This document shows, piece by piece, positions 1 to 9,434 of a DNA stretch of 64,000 nucleotides. The position numbers and the translations under genes were made by a program. The notes under the pieces were generated by a model. It saw only the letters and a list, made by a program, of their open reading frames with translations, was not told the origin of the DNA and did not search any database. Source of the DNA: Alkalispirochaeta sp. GTDB taxonomy: Bacteria > Spirochaetota > Spirochaetia > DSM-27196 > Alkalispirochaetaceae. The stretch's first letter is position 1. Each line of letters starts with the position of its first letter. The stretch covers positions 366,195 to 430,194 of the forward strand of contig CBDESZ010000004.1 of the NCBI GenBank assembly GCA_965242725.1, written 5' to 3'.

Positions 1-468
1 GTGAAGGCGAAGTTCAGCGGCAGCGTCAACCTGACGGACCTGGACCCACCGAACGGCTACAAGATCAGCGGCGAAGGCAAAGGCGGCGCGGCCGGTTTCG
101 CCAAGGGCGGGGCGACGGTGCGGCTGGCCGACGGTCCGGACGGCGCGACGGTGCTGAGCTACGACGTCGACGCCAGCGTCGGCGGCAAACTGGCGCAGCT
201 CGGGGCGCGGCTGATCGACGGCACGGCGAAGAAGATGGCGGGCGAGTTCTTCGAGACGTTTGCCGGGGTGGTCGGCGGGGCGCCGACGGGCGCCGAGGCG
301 GAACCGACCCTGGGCGAACCACCGACCGCGGCGGCGGCCGACGAAACCCTGGCGGCGACGCCACAGCCGCCGCCGGTGAAGGAATCGCCGGGTGGGCTGT
401 CGAGCAAGGCGTGGATCCTGCTGCTGGTTATTGTCGTTGTCATCGTGCTGGCCGTATTGTCAGCCTAA
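1..468 (+). CDS. coxG: CoxG/SRPBCC-family protein with C-terminal membrane anchor (5'-truncated)
   Basis: GEGKGGAAGFAKG and VGGKLAQLGARLID motifs; Pro/Ala linker and a hydrophobic C-terminal helix; adjacent to coxS/coxM. Confidence 0.85.
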   Translation: MKAKFSGSVNLTDLDPPNGYKISGEGKGGAAGFAKGGATVRLADGPDGATVLSYDVDASVGGKLAQLGARLIDGTAKKMAGEFFETFAGVVGGAPTGAEAEPTLGEPPTAAAADETLAATPQPPPVKESPGGLSSKAWILLLVIVVVIVLAVLSA

Positions 469-576
469 TCTGTCCGGGCGGCGCTTGACCCCCGGGAATT
501 CGCGGTAAAGTATTCACGCGGTTCGCGCGGCGGCCAGCCGGGTACGGCCGCTATTTGTTTCTTGGGAGGAAGATCG

Positions 577-1047
577 ATGCCAACGGTGACGCTGTCGGTG
601 AACGGCCAGCAGGTGAGCGGCGAGGTGGAGAACCGCACGCTGCTGGTGGATTTCTTGCGCGAGCAGCTGATGCTGACGGGCACCCACGTGGGGTGCGACA
701 CGAGCCAATGCGGGGCGTGCGTCGTCGACCTGGACGGGGTGTCGGCGAAGTCGTGTACGGTGCTGGCGGTGCAGGCCGACGGCCGATCGGTGACGACGAT
801 CGAGGGCCTGGCGACGAGCGACGAACTGCACCCGATGCAGCAGGCGTTCCAGGATCACCACGGGCTGCAATGCGGCTATTGCACGCCGGGCATGGTGATG
901 AGCGCGATCGACCTGGCAAACAGCAAGCCGAACCCGACGGAAGAGGACGTGCGCGACTGGCTGGAAGGCAACCTGTGCCGGTGCACGGGGTATCAGAATA
1001 TCGTCAAGTCGGTGCTGGCCGGCGCCGCGGCGATGCGGGGGGGCTGA
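577..1047 (+). CDS. coxS: (2Fe-2S) small subunit of xanthine oxidase-family/CoxS-type molybdoenzyme
   Basis: [18 protein letters not shown] and GNLCRCTGY motifs; GGAGGA RBS at 565-570 before ATG 577. Confidence 0.93.
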   Translation: MPTVTLSVNGQQVSGEVENRTLLVDFLREQLMLTGTHVGCDTSQCGACVVDLDGVSAKSCTVLAVQADGRSVTTIEGLATSDELHPMQQAFQDHHGLQCGYCTPGMVMSAIDLANSKPNPTEEDVRDWLEGNLCRCTGYQNIVKSVLAGAAAMRGG

Positions 1048-1050
1048 GGC

Positions 1051-1848
1051 ATGTACGAATTCAACTATCGGCGGGCGGAGACGGTGGCCGACGCGGTGGC
1101 GCAGCGGGACGCGGCCGAGGACGGCACCTACATGGCCGGCGGCATGACGCTGATCCCGACGCTGAAACAACGCTTGGCGATGCCGAGCGATGTGGTCGAC
1201 ATCGGCGGGATGCGGGACATCCAAGGGGTGCGCGACGACGGCGGCGCGATCGCGATCGGCGCCGGCACGACCCACCGGGCGGTGGCGGGATCGGACATCG
1301 TTTTGGCGCGGATTCCGGCGCTGGCGGCACTGGCCGGCGGGATCGGCGACCCGGCAGTGCGCAGCCGGGGAACGCTCGGCGGTTCGATCGCCAACAACGA
1401 CCCGGCGGCGGACTACCCGGCGGCGTGCCTGGGGCTGGGCGCGACCATCGTCACGGACCGGCGGGAACTGAGCGCCGACGACTACTTCACGGGCATGTTC
1501 GAGACGGCGTTGGAAGACGGCGAACTGGTGACCGAAGTGCGGTTTCCGGTGCCGGCCAAGGCTGCCTACGCCAAGTTCGACAACCCGGCGTCGCGGTACG
1601 CCATCGTCGGGGTGTTCGTGGCACAGACGGACGGCGGGCCACGGGTCGCGGTGACCGGCGCGGGGCAGGACGGGGTGTTCCGGGTGGCGGCGATGGAAGA
1701 GGCGCTGGCCGGGGGCTGGAACGCCGACGCCGTGGCCGGGGTCGCGGTGCCGGCGACGGGGCTGAACGGCGACATTCACTCGTCGGCGGCACACCGGGCG
1801 CAGTTGATCACGGTGATGGCGAAACGGGCGGTGGCGGCCGCCGGCTGA
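1051..1848 (+). CDS. coxM: FAD-binding medium subunit (CoxM-type)
   Basis: AGGMTLIP, RSRGTLGGSIANNDPAADYP and PASRYA motifs. Confidence 0.92.
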   Translation: MYEFNYRRAETVADAVAQRDAAEDGTYMAGGMTLIPTLKQRLAMPSDVVDIGGMRDIQGVRDDGGAIAIGAGTTHRAVAGSDIVLARIPALAALAGGIGDPAVRSRGTLGGSIANNDPAADYPAACLGLGATIVTDRRELSADDYFTGMFETALEDGELVTEVRFPVPAKAAYAKFDNPASRYAIVGVFVAQTDGGPRVAVTGAGQDGVFRVAAMEEALAGGWNADAVAGVAVPATGLNGDIHSSAAHRAQLITVMAKRAVAAAG

Positions 1849-1917
1849 CCGCGGCAACCGCGGGTCGGCGACACCTGACGGTTTCGGGACACTGGGGCGC
1901 GGCTCGTCTATAACCAC

Positions 1918-4900
1918 TTGATGGACCGGCCAGACGAGTCGCGGGCCGAGGTGCCGTCGGGCGACGGCACAGCCGACCACAGCGACGCCGCCGCGGACGA
2001 TGCGGGGGCCCGCTTGCCGGCGGTGGTGACGGTCGAAAAAGCCAAACACGCGGATGACGACGCCGGCGACAACCCGGGCGATGGCGGGGGCGACGACGCG
2101 GATGGGGCGCGGCCGGAGAGCTTTCCGAGCTTCATCGCGTTGCCGCCGCCGGACAAAGTCGGTGTAACCGACTCCGACGACGACGCCGATAACGCCGCAG
2201 AGGCGGAAGACGACCCGTATGCGGCGGCGTTCGCCGACCCGCCCCGGCGGGCAACGATTTGGCCGGCGGTGCTATCGGTGGTGGGGCCGCTGGCGGTGCT
2301 CGGCGCGGCGGGCTGGTGGGTGTGGCAAGAGCGGACAGGTGCTGCCGAGTGGGCGGTGCCGCGGATCGCCGCCCTGGCCGGTTTCGACTTGGGGCTGACG
2401 GTGGTTGGTTTGGAGCCCGACGGGTTGTCGGCGACGGACGTCCGGCTTGGCGGCGGGGTCGAGGCGGCCAGCGTCGCGGCGACCTACAGCATCGCCGGGC
2501 TGTTGCGTGGGCGGGTCGACAGCTTGGCAGTCGACGGGCTGACGATCGAGGCGCGGCGGGCCGAAAGCGGCTGGCAAATCGACGGGCTGACGGACGGCCA
2601 AGGCGGCGCCGCGCCGCTGACGACGGTACCGGACCTGCCGTTCACCACCCTCGACCTGACCGACGCGACGATCAACGTGGCGATCGCGGGCGGGACGATC
2701 GCGGTGGCCGGCGGCGGGGCGGTGACGACAGAGCCGGATGGCGCGGTGGCGGCGACGTGGGACGGGCGCGTTGTTGGCGATGGTGACGGGCGTGCCCTGG
2801 GCGGCGGCGACCTGGCGGTGGCCGGGCGGCTGGCGCCGACGGAGGCGGGACTGGCGCTGGCGGCGGCGATCGAGGTTGACGGCGCGCTAGGAGAAGACGT
2901 GGCGGCGGTGCTGGGCGACGGGTCGTGGGCGCAGGCGGGGGCCAGCGGGGCGGTGGCTGTCGATATGACCATCGGCGACGCGACGAGCGGGTCGATCGAA
3001 TTTTCCGGCGTTTCGTTGGCGGCGCCGTTGCGGGATCTGGCGGTGAGCGGCGTCGACGGCGGTGGGTCGTTCGATTGGCCGCTGGGCGACGTGGACATGC
3101 GGCTGGTGCACGGCGGGGTGACGGTTGGCGATTGGGCGTTCGGCGGCGGGCCGCTGGCGCTGCAGAAGACGGGCGACGAGGTCACCGTCGAGGGGCTGGT
3201 CGATCTGCCCATGGGGCGGTTCGACGCGCGGGTCAGCGGCAGCGCCCCGGACGCGCCGGTGACGGCGACGGTGGCCGGCACCCTGCAGACGGCGAGCGCG
3301 GCGGCGTTGGTCGCCGGCGTCGCGGCCGAGGGGACGGTGGATCTCGATCTGGCGGTGCAAGCGGAGAACGTGGGGAGCGTGGCGGCGGATTTGTCGGCGC
3401 CGGGCGATCTCGCCGGCTGGCTGGCGGTGGCCGACCGGCTGGGATTGGTGGTGGAAGGGCGGATCGACGCCGACGTGGCGGGGGTGACGGCGCTTGGCGT
3501 TTTCACCGGCGGGGCGCTGCGTGGGCCGATCGAGGGGCGGCTCGACCCGGACGGGGTGCAGTTGGCGGCGCTCGGCCCGGTGGCGATGGGGGTGTCGCGG
3601 GTAACGATGCCGGGGCTCGACGGGTTGGCGGGGGTGCTGCCGGCGGAGGTGCTGTTCGGGGGCGACGCCGGGACACCGCTGCGGTTGGACATTCGCCGCG
3701 CGGACGATGGCTTCGAGGTGGCGGCGGTGGGTGGCGTCGCGGTGGACGGGTTGCCGTTCGCGCTGGCGGCGGAGATCGACGGCACGGCGACGGTGACGCC
3801 GGCGGGACTGACGGGCATGGACGTACCGTTCGTGCTGGCGACGGTCGGCGGGATCGACCTGCCGGGCGGGCGGGGCGACGTCGAGGTGTTGCTGAGCGAC
3901 GTGGGCGGGACGTTCGATGACTTGACCGGCGAGGCTTCGGTCGGGTTGGCGGCGCCGCTGCTGGTGGTGGGCGGGGTGACGCTGGCCGGGGTGACCGGCG
4001 AGATCGACGGCGGGGTGGGCTGGGACGGGACGACGCTGGCGGTGACGCCGGCGGCGGGGGTCGCGGGTCGCCCTGGGCGGGGTGTCGGCGGCCGCGGGCT
4101 GGCGGCTGGACGGGCCGGTGGCGTTGGCGCTGGCCGATGGCGCGGCGCAGAAGATCGCCATTGGGCGCGACGGTACGGTGACGGCGGACATCAGCCTGGC
4201 AAACCCGGCGCCGGTGACCGTGGCGCGGGCCGGTGAGACGGTGGCGACCGTCGACTTGGCGGACCTGCGCCTGGAACAGGACAGAGACGGGGCGCGGGCG
4301 CGGTTCGACGGAGCAGCGGTGACGGTGGCGGGGCAGCCGGTGACCCTCGACGACATCGGCGGCGACGTCGCGGTAGTCGATGGGCAGCCGTCGGCAAACG
4401 TGAGCGTCGGGCGGATCGAACACGGGGGAGACCCGGCACCGGTGGTGCCGTTGACGGCGCGGTTGTCGGTGGCGCCGGGGGACGACGGCGTGCTGACGCT
4501 GCAGGGCGAGGCCGGCGACGCGGGCGGGCGGATCCGGCTGGCGTTCGAGGGGCGTCATGACCTGGCGAGCGGCCGTGGCGCAGGCGACGTGACGCTGGAG
4601 CCGCTGGCGTTCCTGCCGACGGTGCTGCAGCCGGAAGCGTTGTTTCCGGTGCTGGCCGGGCGGTTTCGCGAGGTCGACGCCGACATCGGCTTCGCCGGGA
4701 CGGCGCGGTGGGGCGACGGCGGGTTCGCGCTGCCGGGGACGGTGAGCTTCGAGGCGCGGTCGCTGGGCATCGACGAAGTGCGGGTGGAAAACGCGCGCGG
4801 CGACGTGGTGTTCGAGGACCTGGTGGTGCCGCGAACGCCGCCGGGGCAGACGATTTCGGTAGGGCTGATCGACGTCGGGGTGCCGCTGACGGACGGGGAA

Positions 4901-5497
4901 GTGGTGGTGCACCTGCCGGGCGACGGGGCGGTCAACGCGCAACTGACGGAACTGGAGATGTTCGGCGGGTCGCTGGAGAGCGATCCGTTCAGTTTCCGGC
5001 CGCCGTCGCGGGACGTCGAAACGGTGCTGCGGGTCGAGGGGGTGGCGCTGGACCAGATGCTGGCGGCGACCAAGGGGGCCGGCGAACTGGCGGTGAGCGG
5101 CACGCTGGACGGGGTGATCCCGCTGAGCTTCGTCGACGGGGAGGCGTCGATCGCCGGCGGGCAATTGGCGACCAAGGACGGCGGCGGGGTGCTGCGCTAC
5201 GTGCCGGGCGATGTCGGGGCGCTCGACGAGCAGGAGTTCAGCACGGGGCTGTTCCTCGATGCGGTGAAGAATTTCCACTACGACTCGATCAGCCTGAGTA
5301 TCGACGAGGGGGAAGCGGAGGACCTGCGGCTGGGGCTGCAACTGCGGGGCAACAACCCGGACCTGTACGGCGGGGCGCCGCTGGAGCTGAACGTCAACCT
5401 GGAGGGACCGCTGCAACAGGTGCTGAGCCGGGGGCTGGCGACCTATACGCTGCCGTCGCGGCTGGGCCGGGAACTGGGCACCGGGGCGGCCGAGTGA
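1918..5497 (+). pseudogene. ydbH: YdbH-family (AsmA-like) envelope protein split by a +1 frameshift in the G5 run at 4056-4060 (possible sequencing error)
   Basis: ORFs 1918-4236 and 4082-5497 join if one G is removed; N-terminal TM helix; beta-rich body; C-terminal NFHYDS...LRGNNP..YGG...LNVNLEG; followed by ynbE and ydbL. Start codon uncertain. Confidence 0.75.
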
Positions 5498-5501
5498 GGC
5501 C

Positions 5502-5534
5502 GTTCAGGCCCGGTTCAGGCAGGGTGGCGATAAT
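5502..5534 (+). promoter_or_regulatory. GTTCAG-N5-GTTCAG direct repeat followed by a -10-like GATAAT
   Basis: GTTCAGGC at 5502 and 5513 (11-bp period); GATAAT at 5529-5534; upstream of ynbE. Confidence 0.4.
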
Positions 5535-5567
5535 GGCCAAATCCGACGAGACAGTGGGCGTTTTGAC

Positions 5568-5855
5568 ATGATGGGCGGGTTGGCTAAGACTTATCCAAAC
5601 GGGGTACACCACCGAGGGGGGACGATAGTGGGTGACGCCGGCGGCCGAGGTGCGGCACGGTATATTGCGACGCGCCGGTTGGGCGGGGTCGTGCTGCTCG
5701 GCTCGGTGCTGATGGGGTGCCAGCCGACGGTGAAGATCGAGGCGCCGGACGAGCCGATTGTGATCAACCTCAACGTCAAGATCGAACAGGAGGTGCGGGT
5801 TCGCGTCGAACGGGAGATCGATGATCTGTTGCGTGAAAATGATGATCTTTTCTAA
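5568..5855 (+). CDS. ynbE: YnbE-family lipoprotein (true start probably downstream of 5568)
   Basis: Lipobox LMGC, then PTVKIEAPDEPIVINLNVKIEQEVRVRVE...DLF. Confidence 0.85.
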   Translation: MMGGLAKTYPNGVHHRGGTIVGDAGGRGAARYIATRRLGGVVLLGSVLMGCQPTVKIEAPDEPIVINLNVKIEQEVRVRVEREIDDLLRENDDLF

Positions 5856-6183
5856 AGCCTTACGGGTACTGGTCGTGGCCGTTGCGATGCTGATCGCGGC
5901 GCCGCCGGGGGCCTTCGCGGACGAACTGGACGACGCCAAGGCGGCGGGTCTGGTCGGCGAGACCTGGCGCGGCTACCTGGCGCCGGTCAACGCGCCGACG
6001 CCGGAAGTGACGGCGCTGGTGGAGCGGATCAACGCGGCGCGGCGGCAGCGCTATGAAGAAATCGCACGGGATACGGGGGCGTCGCGGGAAGACGTCGAGT
6101 TGCTGACGGCGCAGCGGGTGATCGACCAGGCGGCGTCGGGGACCTATATCCTGGATCAAAGCAACAACTGGCGGCAAAAGTAA
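5839..6183 (+). CDS. ydbL: YdbL family (DUF1318) periplasmic protein
   Basis: Signal peptide; AKAAGLVGE..GYL and IN..RR..Y..IA motifs; overlaps the ynbE stop. Confidence 0.85.
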   Translation: MMIFSKALRVLVVAVAMLIAAPPGAFADELDDAKAAGLVGETWRGYLAPVNAPTPEVTALVERINAARRQRYEEIARDTGASREDVELLTAQRVIDQAASGTYILDQSNNWRQK

Positions 6184-6257
6184 GCTGCGGCGGTCGGCCG
6201 TGGTAGACTGACCGCCGGGCCGGCGGACGGCCCTAACTGGTTTTTTGGAGATCCCCC

Positions 6258-7178
6258 ATGGACTTGCCCCGCAGCGTCGACGCGACGCTTAGCCTCCTTG
6301 CGCATGGCAGCTACGTCGCCGACCGCAGCCTTGCCACGGCGGCGTTCCTGGCGCTCGGCCAGCGCCGGCCGCTGTTCCTGGAAGGCGAGGCCGGGGTCGG
6401 CAAGACGGAAATCGCCAAGGTGCTGGCCGATACCCTGGGGCGCAAGCTGGTGCGGCTGCAGTGCTACGAGGGGCTGGACGTGGCGGCGTCGGTCTACGAG
6501 TGGAACTACGCGGCGCAGATGATCGAGATCCGCATGGCCGAGGCGGAAGGGATCGAGGACAAGGGGCGGCTGTCGCGGGACATCTTCAGCGAGCGGTTCC
6601 TGATCAAGCGGCCGTTGTTGCAAGCGTTGGAACCGGATGCCGCGGGGGCCCCGGTGCTGCTGATCGACGAACTCGACCGGGCCGACGAGCCGTTCGAGGC
6701 GTTCCTGCTGGAGGTGCTGTCGGATTTTCAGATCACGGTGCCGGAACTGGGGACGATCAAGGCGGACGACGCGCCGGTGGTGGTGATCACGTCGAACCGG
6801 ACGCGGGAGATCCACGACGCGCTGAAACGGCGGTGCTTCTACTACTGGGTGGATTATCCCGACGCGGCGCGGGAGTTGGAGATCTTGCGGCTGAAGGCGA
6901 GCGAGACCAGCGAGACGTTGAGCCGGCAAGTGGTCGGGTTCGTGCAGGCGCTGCGGGACAAGGACCTGTTCAAGGCGCCGGGGGTGGCGGAGACCATCGA
7001 CTGGGCGCATGCGCTGACGCAACTCGACACCATCGAACTGGCGCCGGGGGTGATCGACGACACCCTGGGGGTGCTGCTGAAGTACCAGGACGACATCGCG
7101 CGGATTCAGGGCAGCGAAGCGGCGCAGATCCTGGCGCAAGTACAGTCGGAATTGGCGCGGCAACCGGCGGCGCAATAG
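6258..7178 (+). CDS. coxD: MoxR-family AAA+ ATPase (CoxD-like)
   Basis: Walker A GEAGVGKT; LLIDELDR; TSNRTREIHDALKRRC. Confidence 0.9.
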   Translation: MDLPRSVDATLSLLAHGSYVADRSLATAAFLALGQRRPLFLEGEAGVGKTEIAKVLADTLGRKLVRLQCYEGLDVAASVYEWNYAAQMIEIRMAEAEGIEDKGRLSRDIFSERFLIKRPLLQALEPDAAGAPVLLIDELDRADEPFEAFLLEVLSDFQITVPELGTIKADDAPVVVITSNRTREIHDALKRRCFYYWVDYPDAARELEILRLKASETSETLSRQVVGFVQALRDKDLFKAPGVAETIDWAHALTQLDTIELAPGVIDDTLGVLLKYQDDIARIQGSEAAQILAQVQSELARQPAAQ

Positions 7179-7180
7179 CC

Positions 7181-8413
7181 ATGCGCGACGGCGGCGTGCT
7201 CGGCGGCAAGATGGCGGCGAACGTGATGCAGTTCGCGCGGGTGCTGCGGGCCGCCGGGCTGCCGGTGGGGCCGGGGCAAACGCTGCGCGCGGTGGAGGCG
7301 GCGGCGGCGGTGGGCATCGACAACCGCGACGATTTCTATTGGGCGCTGCACGCGGTGCTGGTCAACCGGCGGTCGCAGCGGCCGGTGTTCGACCAGGCGT
7401 TCCAGGTGTTTTGGCGCAACCCGCGGCTGTTGGAACGGCTGCAGTCGCTGTTGCTGCCGACGGTCGACGGCAGCAGCGACGCGACCGAGCAAGGCAGCTT
7501 GTCGCGGCGGGTGATGGAAGCCCTGCGGCAGGACGTGGGTTGGACCCTGGAGGAGGACTCCGAAGGCATTCCGGTGGCGGACCGGCGGGAAACCTGGTCG
7601 AGCCGGGAAGTGCTGAACGACATGGACTTCGAGGACATGTCGACGGCGGAGATCGAGGCGGCGAAACGGGCGATCGCGCGGCTGCGGCCGGCGGCGATGA
7701 TGGTGGCGACACGGCGGTTTCGGCCGGACCCGAGCGGGCCACGGTTCGACATGCGGGCAACGCTGCGGGCGGCGGCGCGGGGCGGCGGCGGGGTGATCCC
7801 GCTGCGGCGGCAGGCACGTCGCCTGCGGCGGCCGCCGCTGGTGGTGCTGTGCGACATCTCCGGGTCGATGGCGCAGTACTCGCGGATGCTGCTGCATTTC
7901 ATGCACGCGCTGGCGCGGGATCAGAACCGGGTGGCGAGCTTCGTGTTCGGGACCCGGCTGAACAACATCACCCGGTATTTGCGGACGCGGGACGTGGACG
8001 AGGCGCTGGCGCAGGTCAGCGCGGCGGTCGACGACTGGTCGGGCGGGACGCGGATCGGCACCTGCCTGGCGACGTTCAATCAGGAATGGGCGCGGCGGGT
8101 GCTGGCGCAAGGGGCGGTGGTGCTGCTGATCAGCGACGGCCTGGACCGGGACGCGGGCGAAGGGCTGGGGCGGGAGATGGCGCGGCTGCACCGGTCGTGC
8201 CGGCGGCTGATCTGGCTCAACCCGCTGATGCGTTACGCCGGCTACGAAGCCAAGGCGCAAGGGGCGCGGGCGATGGCGCCGCATGTTGACGACATGCGGA
8301 CGGTGCACAACTTGACGAGCTTGCAAGACTTGGCGGCGGCGTTGGCGGACGCGATGAGCCAGCGCGGGCCGCGAGTCATGCGATCACGGGAGCCGGCGCA
8401 GGAGGCGGCATGA
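7181..8413 (+). CDS. coxE: VWA-domain protein (CoxE-like)
   Basis: MIDAS CDISGSM, WSGGTRIG, ISDGLD, WLNPL; ATG 7181 within ORF 6461-8413. Confidence 0.9.
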   Translation: MRDGGVLGGKMAANVMQFARVLRAAGLPVGPGQTLRAVEAAAAVGIDNRDDFYWALHAVLVNRRSQRPVFDQAFQVFWRNPRLLERLQSLLLPTVDGSSDATEQGSLSRRVMEALRQDVGWTLEEDSEGIPVADRRETWSSREVLNDMDFEDMSTAEIEAAKRAIARLRPAAMMVATRRFRPDPSGPRFDMRATLRAAARGGGGVIPLRRQARRLRRPPLVVLCDISGSMAQYSRMLLHFMHALARDQNRVASFVFGTRLNNITRYLRTRDVDEALAQVSAAVDDWSGGTRIGTCLATFNQEWARRVLAQGAVVLLISDGLDRDAGEGLGREMARLHRSCRRLIWLNPLMRYAGYEAKAQGARAMAPHVDDMRTVHNLTSLQDLAAALADAMSQRGPRVMRSREPAQEAA

Positions 8414-8745
8414 CGGGTGCAACGTGGGACAGCGACGACGTGCTGGGACAAGCGGCGGCATGGCACGCCGCGGGCGCCGACGTAGCGATCGCGACGGTGG
8501 TGCGGACCTGGGGCTCGAGCCCGCGGCCGGTGGGCAGCCAACTGGCGGTAGACGGCGACGGCAACATGGTCGGCAGCGTGTCGGGCGGCTGTATCGAAGG
8601 CGCGGTGATCGGCGAGGCGCGGGAGGTGATGGCGACGGGGGCGCCGAAGCTGCTTTCCTACGGTGTTTCCAACGAGATGGCGTGGGAAGTGGGACTCGCC
8701 TGCGGCGGTACGGTCGAGGTTTACGTCGAACGCGTAAGCTCATGA
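8410..8745 (+). CDS. XdhC/CoxF family protein, N-terminal domain only
   Basis: TWGSSPRP.GS, GSVSGGCIE, VGLACGG; ATGA overlap with coxE. Confidence 0.88.
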   Translation: MTGATWDSDDVLGQAAAWHAAGADVAIATVVRTWGSSPRPVGSQLAVDGDGNMVGSVSGGCIEGAVIGEAREVMATGAPKLLSYGVSNEMAWEVGLACGGTVEVYVERVSS

Positions 8746-9434
8746 AGTCAGGCGACCTTTCGGCACTGCTTGAAGCGCGGCGTGAAAAACGGCCGGTGGC
8801 GTTGGTGACCGACTTGACGTCCGGGGCGCAAGGGCTTGTCGGCCTTGATGAATCAACGGGCGACCTGGCGCTCGACGGCGACCAGACCGCGGCGGTGCGC
8901 GACGCGCTGCTGCACGACCGGGCGGGGGCGGTCGAGGGCGGTTCGTTGTTCGTGCGGCCGTACAACCCGCCGAAGCGGCTGATCATCGTCGGCGCGGTGC
9001 ACATCGCCCAAGCCCTGGCGCCGATGGCGCAGGTCGCGGGGTTCGACGTGACGATCATCGACCCGCGCGGCGCGTTCGCGACGGCGGCGCGGTTCCCCGA
9101 CGTGACGATGCTGGACGATTGGCCGGATGACGCGATGACGGCGCTGGCGCCGGACAACCGGACCGCCGTCGTCGCACTGACCCACGATCCGAAGCTGGAC
9201 GACCCGGCGCTGCAGGTGGCGCTGGCGTCGGGCGCGTTCTATGTCGGGGCGCTGGGCAGCCGCAAGACCCACGGCGCGCGGCTCGAACGGCTAACCGAGG
9301 CGGGGGTCGAGGAAGCGGCGCTGGCGCGGATTCACGGGCCGATCGGCCTGGCGATCGGGGCGCGGAGCCCGGCGGAGATCAGCATCGCGATCCTGGCGCA
9401 GATCACCGCGGTGTTGCACGGCGCCGCGGCATGA
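8742..9434 (+). CDS. XdhC family protein, Rossmann C-terminal domain
   Basis: GAVHIA, THDPKLDD, YVGALGS, GPIGLAIGARSPAEI; ATGA overlap. Confidence 0.88.
   Translation: MKSGDLSALLEARREKRPVALVTDLTSGAQGLVGLDESTGDLALDGDQTAAVRDALLHDRAGAVEGGSLFVRPYNPPKRLIIVGAVHIAQALAPMAQVAGFDVTIIDPRGAFATAARFPDVTMLDDWPDDAMTALAPDNRTAVVALTHDPKLDDPALQVALASGAFYVGALGSRKTHGARLERLTEAGVEEAALARIHGPIGLAIGARSPAEISIAILAQITAVLHGAAA

Noticed and set aside
8846..8857. TTGATGAATCAA FNR-like palindrome
   Set aside because: Spacer is 2 bp instead of 4 and it lies inside a CDS
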